Assembly (NCBI RefSeq): GCF_006345805.1
Contig: NC_042997.1
Span: 27,528,001-27,592,000 of the forward strand
Direction: 5' to 3'
DNA: 64,000 bases
Origin: Octopus sinensis
Lineage: Eukaryota
Below are positions 52,914-64,000 of the stretch, piece by piece. How positions within the stretch are numbered: position 1 is the stretch's first letter; each line of letters starts with the position of its first letter. The position numbers and the translations under genes are program-made. Under the pieces are notes generated by a model, which was not told the DNA's origin, did not search any database, and was given only the letters and a program-made list of their open reading frames with translations.

Positions 52914-54214
52914 CATACACATGTATATATACATGTATATATCTGCATATATATACATAAATGTGCGTGTGCATACAAACATGCTTATATACAGATGCAA
53001 AGATGCATTATGTTAACATATATGTATATATACATATGTGTGTGTATGTGTGTATGTGTGTGTGTGTGCGCGCGTGTGTGAGACAGTGACTAAGTGATCA
53101 AGTGATTGTGTGCGTGTATGTATGTGAGTGCGTGTGAATATGTGTGAGGGGGTTGTCTCAGTGTATGTGCGAGCGCGGGTGCGCGTGAATTAGCATATTT
53201 ATGAGATTACATCTTACTAGTCTCAGCGAGTCGCTGCGGCCATGCTGGGGCACCACCTTTAGAGGAATTCATTTTTATTTACCTTCCATTTCGCAATCGT
53301 CTTTCTGCTGCGATTTCTGGTGCAACAGGCATTTCGTGCCATGTTCTAACACTTTCGTCAGGGTAGCAGACTTATACAAGCACACATTCACAATACATGG
53401 TGGCTGCCCCCTCGTTATCGAGTATGGCCATTGCACAAAGCTTAATCAATGTTGTTATCGTGCAATGCCTGTGTAAGAAGATTTTTTTTAAGTGAGGAAA
53501 GGCTGTGCACTGAGTCAATCCCACTTACTAAGCAACAGCAGCCATAATCCGAAAAGAAGAACGAGTCAACATCATCGGTAACCACTGAGCCGCAGGTTTT
53601 ATGTCGGAGTTATCCCAGTTACCTAAGTTACCTTCTCCTAGAAGGATGCCCTAACAAAGTCTAGGAGTCCTTCAGTCCCAATGGTTTAACCGCACGATTA
53701 TTTCTATGTCCCCGCGCCTGATACAGCCTTAATACATTTATTGGATGGCCGTTGACTCTCAAGAGTTCCTCCGCCCTTTGACAGGTTTTGTTTTTCATCT
53801 CGCAGGGTGTCCAATAAACACCCTCCTCACCAAGCAAGCTTAGTGGGGTTGCCAGTTTAGTCGCTGACGACTCGACCATGCAACAGGTTGTACTGGGTTA
53901 CATGTTACCAGTAGCACTCGAAAGTGACCTGACACATACATACATACATACATACATGCATACATAAATACATACGTACATACATACATACATACATACA
54001 TACATACGTCCATGTATGTGTGTATGTATGTAAGCATGTATGCATGTATGTAGGCATATGCAGTCATGATATTGTGGCATGAAGCTTGCTTTCCAGCTAC
54101 ATGGTTCCAGGTTCTGACTCATCATGTTGCTAGGAAACTTCTACTACAGTTACGAAACAACCAAGTTCTTTTGAGTGTATACACACGTGCGCGCGCGAGT
54201 GCAAGCATGCATTT

Positions 54215-54259
<45 letters not shown>

Positions 54260-54262
<3 letters not shown>

Positions 54263-54652
54263 TTATATATAAAAGTAAGGTTGTGTGTCTGTCTACTCCG
54301 ATTTAGATTCCTAACTACTCCCACATTTTGCGGTGCAGTTTAACCAAAACCGGGTATCTTATAGTCGTGATTCATATCAAGCCCTTCTGGGTATTAGCGC
54401 GCGTCTACGATGAGTCTACGATTTTAAAAATAATTTACCATAATTTTTTTCCATTTTAATGCATTTTTTTTATATAAGGGAAGTAACTCTCTAAAAATGT
54501 CGACGATGAGTCAACGATTAAAAAAAAAATTTACCATCATATTTTTTCCATTTTTAATGCATTTTTTTTGCTATCTTTTGGCTATAACTTTCTAAAAATG
54601 CTTTATAGTTATTTCCCTTACAAACCCGAGCAACGCCGGGCGATACTGCTTG
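54260..54652 (+). mobile_element. Non-autonomous Helitron-like element, family 2
   Basis: A|TC start, CCCGAGCAACGCCGGG hairpin, CTTG (degenerate CTAG) end; internal duplication. Confidence 0.65.
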
Positions 54653-54967
54653 TATATATATATAATGATCTTATAGGGGGCTTTATACTATAATGCTCAC
54701 GAGAGAAAAACAAGTTTATAAACTGGTAAGGCACGCTGAGCTTAACCCAAGGGGCATAGAGAGCCTTTTATGAGCATTAAGATGCGCAAACCTTATAATG
54801 CGAAATCATCGGTGATGTGACTATGCACGCTGCTCTACAGAGGTAGTCTCCCTTACCAGTTATTAAGATAGTGCTTTCCGTGGCTATTTTGTTGTTTTAA
54901 CTCTTATCTCTAGCAATATTGCGGCTGGTTAATACACACATACATACATGCATACATACATACATAC

Positions 54968-55023
<56 letters not shown>

Positions 55024-55093
55024 TGTGCGCGCGCGTGTGTGTGCGTGTGTGTGTGTGTGTAGGTATGTAGATTGATAGACAGATAGATAGATT

Positions 55094-55134
<41 letters not shown>

Positions 55135-55413
55135 AGTAGGCATAGAAAGAATAAAGCATATCAAAAATAGAACGAAAAACCAAGCAAAGCCAAATTTTAC
55201 TAGCCCCACGTGTATTACAGGTAAAGGAGGAAACAAATTCTCAGTCATGTCCTGGTTACTTCAGGCTTTCCTCGCATTATATAGGTCACAATTACTTCTT
55301 CGTCTCGTTGAATATTAAGTAGTACACGTTACCGGAGGTAAACATTTTTCTATAATTTTGTTAGTTCCTGCTGCTTATTTTTTTATTTTATTTTTTTTTC
55401 AACTTTATGACAT

Positions 55414-55447
55414 GGGGTAAATCCACCGCGTCACATATTCTATATAA
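55414..55447 (+). promoter_or_regulatory. Putative promoter of IL-17 locus D
   Basis: GGGGTAAATCC (kB/Rel-like), CGCGTCA and TATATAA at 55441, 141 nt before the ATG. Confidence 0.6.
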
Positions 55448-55581
55448 GTCACCTCAGAGTAGCCGGTATCATCACAAACGAATATCATTTTAAAGCGATA
55501 ACACGCTCAAGCTTTATTTGATAATATCTACACATATAATACTATTGTCATTCTTTCCATTCCAAGTGATCAACCATTATA

Positions 55582-55596
55582 ATGAATACCACCAAC
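55582..55596 (+). CDS. IL17: IL-17-like locus D, coding exon 1 (MNTTN)
   Basis: ATGAATACCACCAAC|GTAAGT, identical to locus B. Confidence 0.8.
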
Positions 55597-55813
55597 GTAA
55601 GTAAATATACATTGTTAATATTAACTGCTATATTTATATCTTCAGTCTCATTTCTATCTTTACTTTTGTTTCATTCATGGTAAAATTTACCTTTGTTCAA
55701 ACGAGTGGATTCTCTTGCAGAAGTACGTTACTCAGATTGTTATTATGCATCTGAGGCGTATTTTTTAGGCTTTAGTATATTGATTTAATTCTTTGCTTTC
55801 ATACACACATATA

Positions 55814-56109
55814 TCTTTATATGTAAAAGTGAAGTTGTGTGTCTGTCTCCTACGATTTAGATTCCTAACTACTTCCACATTTTGCGGTGCAGTTTAACCG
55901 AAACCGGGTATCTTATAGTCGTGATTCATATCGAGCCCTTCTGGGTATTAGCGCGCGTCTACGATGAGTCAACGATTTTTTAAAAAAATTACCATCGTTT
56001 TTTTCCCATTTTTAATGCATTTTTGGCTATATTTTGGCTATAACTCTCTAAAAATGCTTATATAGATATTTTCCTTACAAACCCGAGCAACGCCGGGCGA
56101 TACTGCTAG
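55814..56109 (+). mobile_element. Helitron-like element, family 2, in the locus D intron
   Basis: A|TC...hairpin...CTAG|T; absent from the homologous B intron. Confidence 0.75.
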
Positions 56110-56779
56110 TATATTTATAAGTGACTTCGTATACTTTTACACATTTATTAATAACATGCAATTCATTGTTCCCAATTCTAATTTATCTAAAATTGCAGTT
56201 GAGTATGTGAGAGCGCAAATTTAGCAGGCGTTAAAGTAGAATTTGTGCGAATGTTTTAAAGAACCTCAAAACATAAGGATATGAAACGCATAATGTGCGT
56301 ATTCATTTTTCTATCTATTTAGTTATATATTGGTTAAAGTAAAGAACCCCTTTCGTCCTGAATATCCATGGGATTTTTCCGAGAAGGTTCTTCAGCGAAG
56401 TATGAATCCTCTCACTGCATACCAGCTTCCCCTCACCATGCAATCGATGGTTTAAAGGGGAAAGGTAAATGCCCACACCGCTTGGCACCAGTGACATCGT
56501 ACTTCATTTCTACAGCTGAGGGGATTGGACCAACATCAAACATCAAACATTGTGTTTTGCTCAAGAACTCAACACACAGCCTGGCCCGAAAATCGAGCTT
56601 ACGACCTCATGTTGCTCTAACCACTGAAAAATGTATATCTATAGTTTATAGATGATGAGAATCAGATATTCTCTGCACAGATCACACTTCGGGGTGTTCA
56701 AGAGGTTCAAACTTGGTCAGGGAGAATTGTAAACGTAAGGATAAGCAAATTAGGCATGTTCATATACAAAAGTAGGGTA

Positions 56780-57106
56780 CTATTTAAGAAGAGTGGTCCC
56801 GGTGCGCGCAATCGCGTACTCGCGCATCCACGTTAGCTAGTCGTGACTAGTCAATCCTTTCGTTGTGTTTTTGTGTTTTACTCTTTTACTCTTTTACTTG
56901 TTTCAGTCATTTGACTGCGGCCATGCTGAAGCACCGCCTTCAGTCGAGCAAATCGACCCCGGGACTTATTCTTTGTAAGCCCAGTACTTATTCTATCGGT
57001 CTTTTGCCGAACCGCTAAGTGACGGGGACGTAAACACACCAGCATCGGTTGTCAAGCAATGCTAGGGGGACAAACACAGACACACAAACGCACACACACA
57101 TACATA

Positions 57107-57158
<52 letters not shown>

Positions 57159-57489
57159 TACGACAGGCTTCTTTCAGTTTCCGTCTACCAAATCCACTCA
57201 CAAGGCATTGGTCGGCCCGGGGCTATAGCAGAAGACACTTGCCCAAGATGCCACGCAGTGGGACTGAACCCGGAACCATGTGGTTGGTTAGCAAGCTACT
57301 TACCACACAGCCACTCCTACGTTTTATTTACTTTGTTTAAAAAGATTATTTACTTTCTGTAAAAAAAATATTTATTTCGTGTTTTATTTACTTTGCTAGG
57401 TAGTCGTTGTATGATCGACTAGTCACGACTAGCTAGCGCGGATGCGCGAGTACGCGAGTGCGCGCACCGGAACCACTCTTCTTAAATAG
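56780..57489. mobile_element. TA-flanked MITE (~75-bp TIRs) containing a nested SINE B (56875-57320)
   Basis: TA|CTATTTAAGAAGAGTGG...CCACTCTTCTTAAATAG|TA. Confidence 0.8.
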
Positions 57490-58466
57490 TACACAAAAAT
57501 AGTTGATATATTTAATGCAAATAATGTATATATGTTTACATACAAAAAGGTCCGACTTACACAGAACAGAAACGATACCAGCAATTAAAACGGTCGAATA
57601 AGAGTTTTAAGTCAATTAGATTCAGAAAGCTGAATGATAAATATAATGTGACATTCGCTCATTGTTTGATTTATTTTATTTATAAAATGACAAACATTTC
57701 TGTTTACATTGTCAACGAAACAATCAAAGACGATAGCGGCATTATTGATACTGTTGGCTAGGTTGACGTCGTTACACGAGTAACAACGACAAATTTTTTG
57801 AGAATTTTTGGTCAATTGTGTTGTTCCTCAATATCTCCCCAGATATCTCACAAATTGAAATGTTGCAGTGATTGATATCCAATACCTTTACATCGATGTT
57901 TAAATTCAGAAAATAACGCGTTAACATAATAGGTTATTGTAAATATTCTCCACAATTGTTCAATTACTATTTTCTGCATTTCAATTTACATCTCTTGCAT
58001 TTAGACATAAACAGTTTGTCAAATTTAGTTGTTTACTGAGGAATTCATATAAGTATCAGGCTAGGCCATTTCCAACTGTTCATATTATACTTCACATTTG
58101 TAACTTTCCTACTTTAGATACAGATATAAACAGCTGATTCACGTCTTGTCGAGAATATTTCGTTCATTTGTTTTCATTTGTTTTCTCTTATAAAATACAC
58201 CAGCGCAGTTTACATTCGATCCACGCATTACGAGTGCCCTCTAATCTTTCATGAACACGAGTGAATACATACATGTGTGTGTGTATAAGTGGGTTCCTTT
58301 GTGTATAAGTCTGTGAGTTTGGGCATGTTTGTGTATTAGAGAGAGAGAGTGAATTTATGTGTGCTATAGATGTAATATATTATTCTTGATTTGTTTTATT
58401 CATTTAGCTGTGGGTCATATTGAATCGTAATTAGTCATCTTAACATAAACATTTTATTTTACGCAG

Positions 58467-58997
58467 GTTCTCCTCCAGGTTGTAATCTTCCTCCTCACCA
58501 ACGTCGTATTGTTCATATCCTCGGCGTCAATTCCGACTCAATGTAAAATACCAAACGATTTGAAAGTCCAATACGAGGAACTTTCCAGCGCAGCGATCGG
58601 CAATAACTTTTTCCTCCCAGCTGAAATGGCTCCAGCAGGAAGTGACCAACAGGAACGGACCGAAGGGGATAAAACTTGCCCAACATCTTCCGTATCTACA
58701 GATATCATTCGCGAGCGTTCAACCTGCCCATGGTACCTGAAAATTACGCACAATTCCACATATTTTCCTCCATCACGCAGAGAAGTCGTGTGTCGCTGTA
58801 CAGAGTGTCTGGACTCTGACAGTAACCACCAATGTGTGATGGTTTATACTACAATGACTGTCCTGAAACGTACAGCTCAATGTGTTGGTGGACTGTACGT
58901 TTATAAACCAAGTGTCATCCAAGTAGCCACAGCCTGTGTGTGTGCACGGAGAACCGATGTAATATCCAAAGGAAATGACAATGAATATGAGTCGTAA
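58467..58997 (+). CDS. IL17: IL-17-like cytokine locus D, exon 2 (181-aa spliced product)
   Basis: Acceptor TACGCAG at 58466; signal VLLQVVIFLLTNVVLFISSA; all 10 Cys retained. Confidence 0.95.
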   Translation, partial: VLLQVVIFLLTNVVLFISSASIPTQCKIPNDLKVQYEELSSAAIGNNFFLPAEMAPAGSDQQERTEGDKTCPTSSVSTDIIRERSTCPWYLKITHNSTYFPPSRREVVCRCTECLDSDSNHQCVMVYTTMTVLKRTAQCVGGLYVYKPSVIQVATACVCARRTDVISKGNDNEYES

Positions 58998-59044
58998 TAT
59001 CGGCCAAAATCATCAAACATTCAAATGTGTGTAACACAAAGCTT

Positions 59045-59086
59045 TTTCATAATGTTATGAAAGTTTAAGTAAACCACTGTGTGGTT
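59045..59086 (+). promoter_or_regulatory. Tandem 3'UTR stem-loops, locus D
   Basis: TTTCATA-ATGT-TATGAAA (59045-59062) and AACCAC-TGT-GTGGTT (59072-59086). Confidence 0.55.
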
Positions 59087-59184
59087 GTTATATGAAACTA
59101 TATACAAAACATGCACACACACAAAAATTATACAAGCGTACATATTTAAATGGGTGCTCTCGCGCTATTCATTTCTTCTCGCTA

Positions 59185-59224
<40 letters not shown>

Positions 59225-59354
59225 ACTCTCCCTCTCTCTTTCTGTGTATACATACTCACAAACACACACACACACAGACTCACAAATATAGACACAGACA
59301 CAAACACCCACACATACATACACATACACATATATCATACAAATATAAATATAT

Positions 59355-59402
<48 letters not shown>

Positions 59403-59947
59403 CACACATTTATATGTATATAGATATATATTTGAAAATACATACATACATTCATTGGCAAAAAATCAGTTTTGTTTCGTAAAATTATTTTTTTTTCTAT
59501 TTTGTAAACACTGACGGGAACTCTTATCTTATTTACTATCATATTTAACTCATCATTAATATTTCTTTTTTTTTTTACCTAAACCTATACCAAGTTTCTT
59601 TTTATATAAATATTTGAAACTGATAAATGGTATTGAATATGTTTACATATACGTTACATGTTCCTAACATTAAATACTCCGATCTCGAAGGTTGATCCTC
59701 ATTATAAGAACCGTCCATTCACACACATTCCAATGCACATGTTATCCTACTTTGCTAGCATTCTGTCGTATATATGAAAGCATAACTACGGAACATAATT
59801 GTAATAATGAACAACACTTCATTCCATTTCAGTAAATTTTCAAGAATGTAGATAGAACTTTCAAAAACGATAAATGCATAAATGTGAAGTAGTGCCTACC
59901 TAACTTTGTTTTGGTTTTATTTATCTGTGTATGTATAGTTTGTGTGT

Positions 59948-60018
<71 letters not shown>

Positions 60019-60551
60019 GAGAGAAATAGATAGATAGATACGTACATACATACATATACATACATACATACATACATACATACATACATACATGCATACA
60101 TACATACATGAATACATACATGAATACATACATACATACATACATACATACATACATACATACATACATACATACATACATACATACATACATACACACG
60201 TACAGACAGCAATGTATAAATTTAGGAGGCTTCACAGATGAATATATATTATATTTTACTCCTAACTTTCGTAGGATTACAACCGTTTCACAACTTTCTT
60301 CAAGTATTAATTTCACTATGCAACGATTTATACTTACATGTTTTCGTTGAAATCATTGCTCATCCTTGTACAAAACAATTTTATATTCACAAATTGATTC
60401 AAATAGGGAAAGTTAGGGTCCACAGATATTTGACATTACAACATGTTGTAATTGATCACGGGAATTGACAGGGGTGATTACTGTGATAAACACAAGATTC
60501 TTTGAATCCATATCCATATCATATATTTATTTAAAAACTAGTACTCAGTCC

Positions 60552-60878
60552 GTGAGGGCGCGTGGCTTAGTGGCTAGGGCATTCGGCTCATGATCGTAAG
60601 GTTGTGAGTTCGATTCCCGGCGACGCGTTGTGTCCTTGAGCAAGACACTTTATTTCACGTTGCTCCAGTCCACTCAGCTGGCAAAAATGAGTTGTACTTG
60701 TATTTCAAAGGGTCAGCCTTGTCACTCTCTGTGTCACGCTGATTATCCCCGAGAACTACGTTAAGGGTACACGTGTCTGTGGAATGCTCAGCCATTTGCA
60801 CGTTAATTTCACGAGCAAGCTGTTCCGTTGATCGTATCAGCTGGGACCCTCGTCGTTGTAACCGGCGGAGTCTTTTTA
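60552..60878 (+). mobile_element. SINE A2
   Basis: 12-bp TSD AGTACTCAGTCC (60540-60551 and 60879-60890). Confidence 0.92.
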
Positions 60879-61574
60879 AGTACTCAGTCCACCAGTACAT
60901 TCTCACTAATAATGATGTTTATGTAATATTTACATAAATATCTAATTTTATCCGATATATAAATTTGAAACACATTATATCTATATTTTTGTAGCTGTTC
61001 CGTTGATCGTATCAGCTGGGACCCTCGTCGTCGTAACCGGCGGAGTCTTTTTTTTTTATATTTTTGTATATATTTTAACGTAATTTCATGTATGTGTGTG
61101 AGCAGATGTAGGCGTCAGTGTCTGTGTGTATGTGTATTTGCAGGCACACAGATGCACCACATGTGTGTGTGTGTGTGTGTGTATGTGTGTGTGTGTGTGT
61201 GTGTGTCACTGTAACTGAAGAAATGACATTTAAAAAAAAATATATTAATTATTTTTTCTATGTATATATTTAAAATTATATTAGAAGTGTTTAAATATAT
61301 TTTTCTATTGTTTTTCAATAATGCAAGACACAAACATATATATCTTAATTTGTATCATATATTTATTGTATTATAAAGAACTGGATTCTAATATCAATAA
61401 AAAATATATTTCAATACATAACGTGTCCTTTCTTTTGTTCATATTTTCATTCTCTGACCTGAATAAAACCTGTAAATCTCCACTCACTGACTACATGGAC
61501 AGCTGAACACGAATAAATGCACTTAGCCCAAAAATATGCAGTTAAATTTAGTGAAGCAATTTTCCTCTTCCACC

Positions 61575-61940
61575 TTTTCAAACTCCACCCATCTAACACT
61601 CGTGGACATATTTACAAAGTAAGAAAACAGCACAGCTCCCATGACTTCAGGAAACATTTTTTCACGCTGAGAGTTGCTGAAGCATGGAACAAACTGCCGG
61701 CATCAGTTGTTAGTTGTCGGAGCACTGCATCCTTCAAAACTTCCATGCTTCCTGAGATTCGCCAACACTACACTTGATTTTCTCCCCTCCATACACACAC
61801 AAGCCTGTATCTGACTCATACATTGTTCGCTTTCCAGACATTTCTACATTACTGCATGTACTTTATATGCACTTTCTGACAAGTTGTGTGCACCTGAGCA
61901 CTGTATACAATTGATTTCATTATTATTATTATTATTATAC
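61575..61940 (+). mobile_element. CR1-clade LINE 3' end with an (ATT)n tail
   Basis: TRGHIYKV...RKHFFTLRVAEAWNKLPASVV...FK; absent from the homologous B flank. Confidence 0.85.
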
Positions 61941-62596
61941 AATGGAAGGAAGAGTACTTTTGATTTAATACTATCACCGTTTATACAGTTTGACCTCGTC
62001 TCTGCGACTACGAAACAGGCATATGAAGAGCGTCTCATTTAATCCAGGTAGAAATTTAAAGTTACTACCTCGCCCGTACCGCGATACGAACGAACTGAGA
62101 CAAGAACTGAACAAATACGCGAAAAATTGTTTTCAATTTGCTTTACGTGTTACGATAAAAACTACTTCAAGATGGTAAAAAAAAAAACCTACGAAAAATC
62201 TCAAAGTCCACATTTTACAGATTATTTTCTCTCAGTATGATAAGGAATAACGCCATAATTTACATACTACCTACTAACTAATGAATGCAGAATTTCAGAT
62301 TTTATTTGACAACATGCAAAATTTGGAACATAAATAAGCTTCAAAGAATCTTAGGAAACACACCCAGAACGTAATAAAAGTTTTGTTCAAGGACTCAAGT
62401 TGTCTCTGCAAACAAAATAAGCAAATATGTCGTAAGCCAAATTCTATATGGAAGGTAAGCTCAGTAATTGCGTGGTATAAATCAAATACATAAGCAAGGA
62501 AATCACATAGCAGGCGAAAACGGAACATGGTTACTCTTGCGTTGGCCTGCTAGACCGATGCGTACCTAGAAGGCACTACCGCAAATCGGGCACTAG

Positions 62597-62982
62597 AGGA
62601 AGCACTCCGTCGGTTACGACGATGAGGGTTCCGGTTGATCCGAATAAACGGAACAGCCTGCTCGTGAAATTAACGTGTAAGTGGCTGAGCACTCCACAGA
62701 CACGTGTACCCTTAACGTAGTTCTCGGGGATATTCAGCGTGACACAGAGAGTGACAAGGCCGGCCCTTTGAAATACAGGTACAACAGAAACAGGAAGTAA
62801 GAGTGAGAGAAAGTTGTGGTGAAAGAGTACAGCAGGGATCACCACCATCCCTGCCGGAGCCTCGTGGAGCTTTTAGGTGTTTTCGCTCAATAAACACTCA
62901 CAACGCCCTGTCTGGGAATCGAAACCGCGATCCTATGACCGCGAGTCCGCTGCCCTAACCACTGGGCCATTGCGCCTCCACT
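62597..62982 (-). mobile_element. SINE family A
   Basis: 14-bp TSD AAATCGGGCACTAG (62583-62596 and 62983-62996). Confidence 0.93.
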
Positions 62983-63399
62983 AAATCGGGCACTAGTTAT
63001 CCTCTGAAACTGAAGGCGAGAAGTTACACCGTTCGCTTTTTCATTGTGACCCTACAATTCGACAGAGGGGTTGTCTGAATGGGTTGTGACTCTGACGGTG
63101 GTACATGAGAGTCTCTTCTGTGTAATTCGCCAGTTTTATGTCTCACCTGACACCCAGCTTCCGCTTATCGATCCACAAAACTATTTGCATGAAACAGTGA
63201 TCACGACTCGGGCAAGGCTTCCGTAGGCCATCTAAACCATGGTGAGTGTAGTCGACGACTCCCAAAACTTCTGTGAGTTAGTTTTCTCAACTTATACATG
63301 TGAATAATGGACGCTGTGGTCGGTATTCAATTCAATTCAATTTTTATTGGCTCAAAAAGCAAAAAAAAAAGGCCATGTAGGGGGACAGGGAGTTATGTA

Positions 63400-63560
63400 C
63401 AGGGAAGGTGGTCATACAAAGAGTTCAGGCCATTTCTGGTCAATAGAGACTTTGAACCGAGCGGTCGTCGGCATCTTCACTATCTCGTCCGGCAGCTTAT
63501 TCCACGGAACGCAACCCGGACGGAGAAAGCCCCTCTCCTTCGATTCAGATGAAATCGTCG
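63400..63560 (-). mobile_element. CR1-clade LINE C-terminal fragment
   Basis: PWNKLPDEIVKMPTTARFKVSIDQKW. Confidence 0.65.
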
Positions 63561-64000
63561 TAGATAGAGCTTTTCGGAGTGACCCCGCAGCCAACACTCT
63601 GGAGCAGGAGGGAAGAACAGTTCTTTCGAGAAGGCTATATTGATAGCGCATAAATTTATCGAAATAAGCTTTAAAATATACTTATTTTCATGTCAAATTA
63701 ATTGCATACCGATAAACTTAAACCCACATTTCCTTTGATTGAAGTATTGTAGCTACTCCAATGAGGTGTACATTTTAAAAATTATATAATGTTTCATAGA
63801 GCCTCACAAAACTTTCATAGTCGAATTCATCTCACCAAACAATAATTCCTATTCAAAGGGACACAACTCTTATCTATCATACTTCTATTCATTTTCAATT
63901 GTTTCCTTTCTCAATTTTTTTGATTTTATTTTTTTTTTGCTCTCCATACCTCCATACTATGTTTCTCTCCTTGCTTCTCAGATAACAGCTGCATTGCGTT

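Overview
AT-rich, microsatellite- and SINE-dense eukaryotic DNA. Its repeat families and gene content fit an octopus (Octopus sp.) genome; this is inferred from the sequence, with no database search. The core is a same-strand (+) tandem cluster of IL-17-like cytokine loci. A (3186-3749) is divergent with a basic tail. E (10544-11200) is a pseudogene. B has exon 1 at 21903-21917 and exon 2 at 23492-24022. C (46141-46671) has no recognisable exon 1 and has lost a knot cysteine. D has exon 1 at 55582-55596 and exon 2 at 58467-58997. B and D share a kB-like + CRE-like + TATA promoter. All five loci share a 3'UTR motif about 70-80 nt after the stop; in B, C and D it forms a 6-bp stem with a UGU triloop resembling a Roquin/Regnase-1 decay element. 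The rest is mobile DNA: four tRNA-derived SINE families, CR1-, R4/Dong-, Tx1/L1- and Penelope-like retroelement remnants, Helitron-like elements, two MITEs and an 8.4-kb composite tandem array rich in CRE palindromes. There are several hammerhead-ribozyme-like motifs, one with an intact core (29572-29659, minus strand). One 100-N gap lies at 16238-16337. Most short ORFs in the supplied track are microsatellite or SINE translations.
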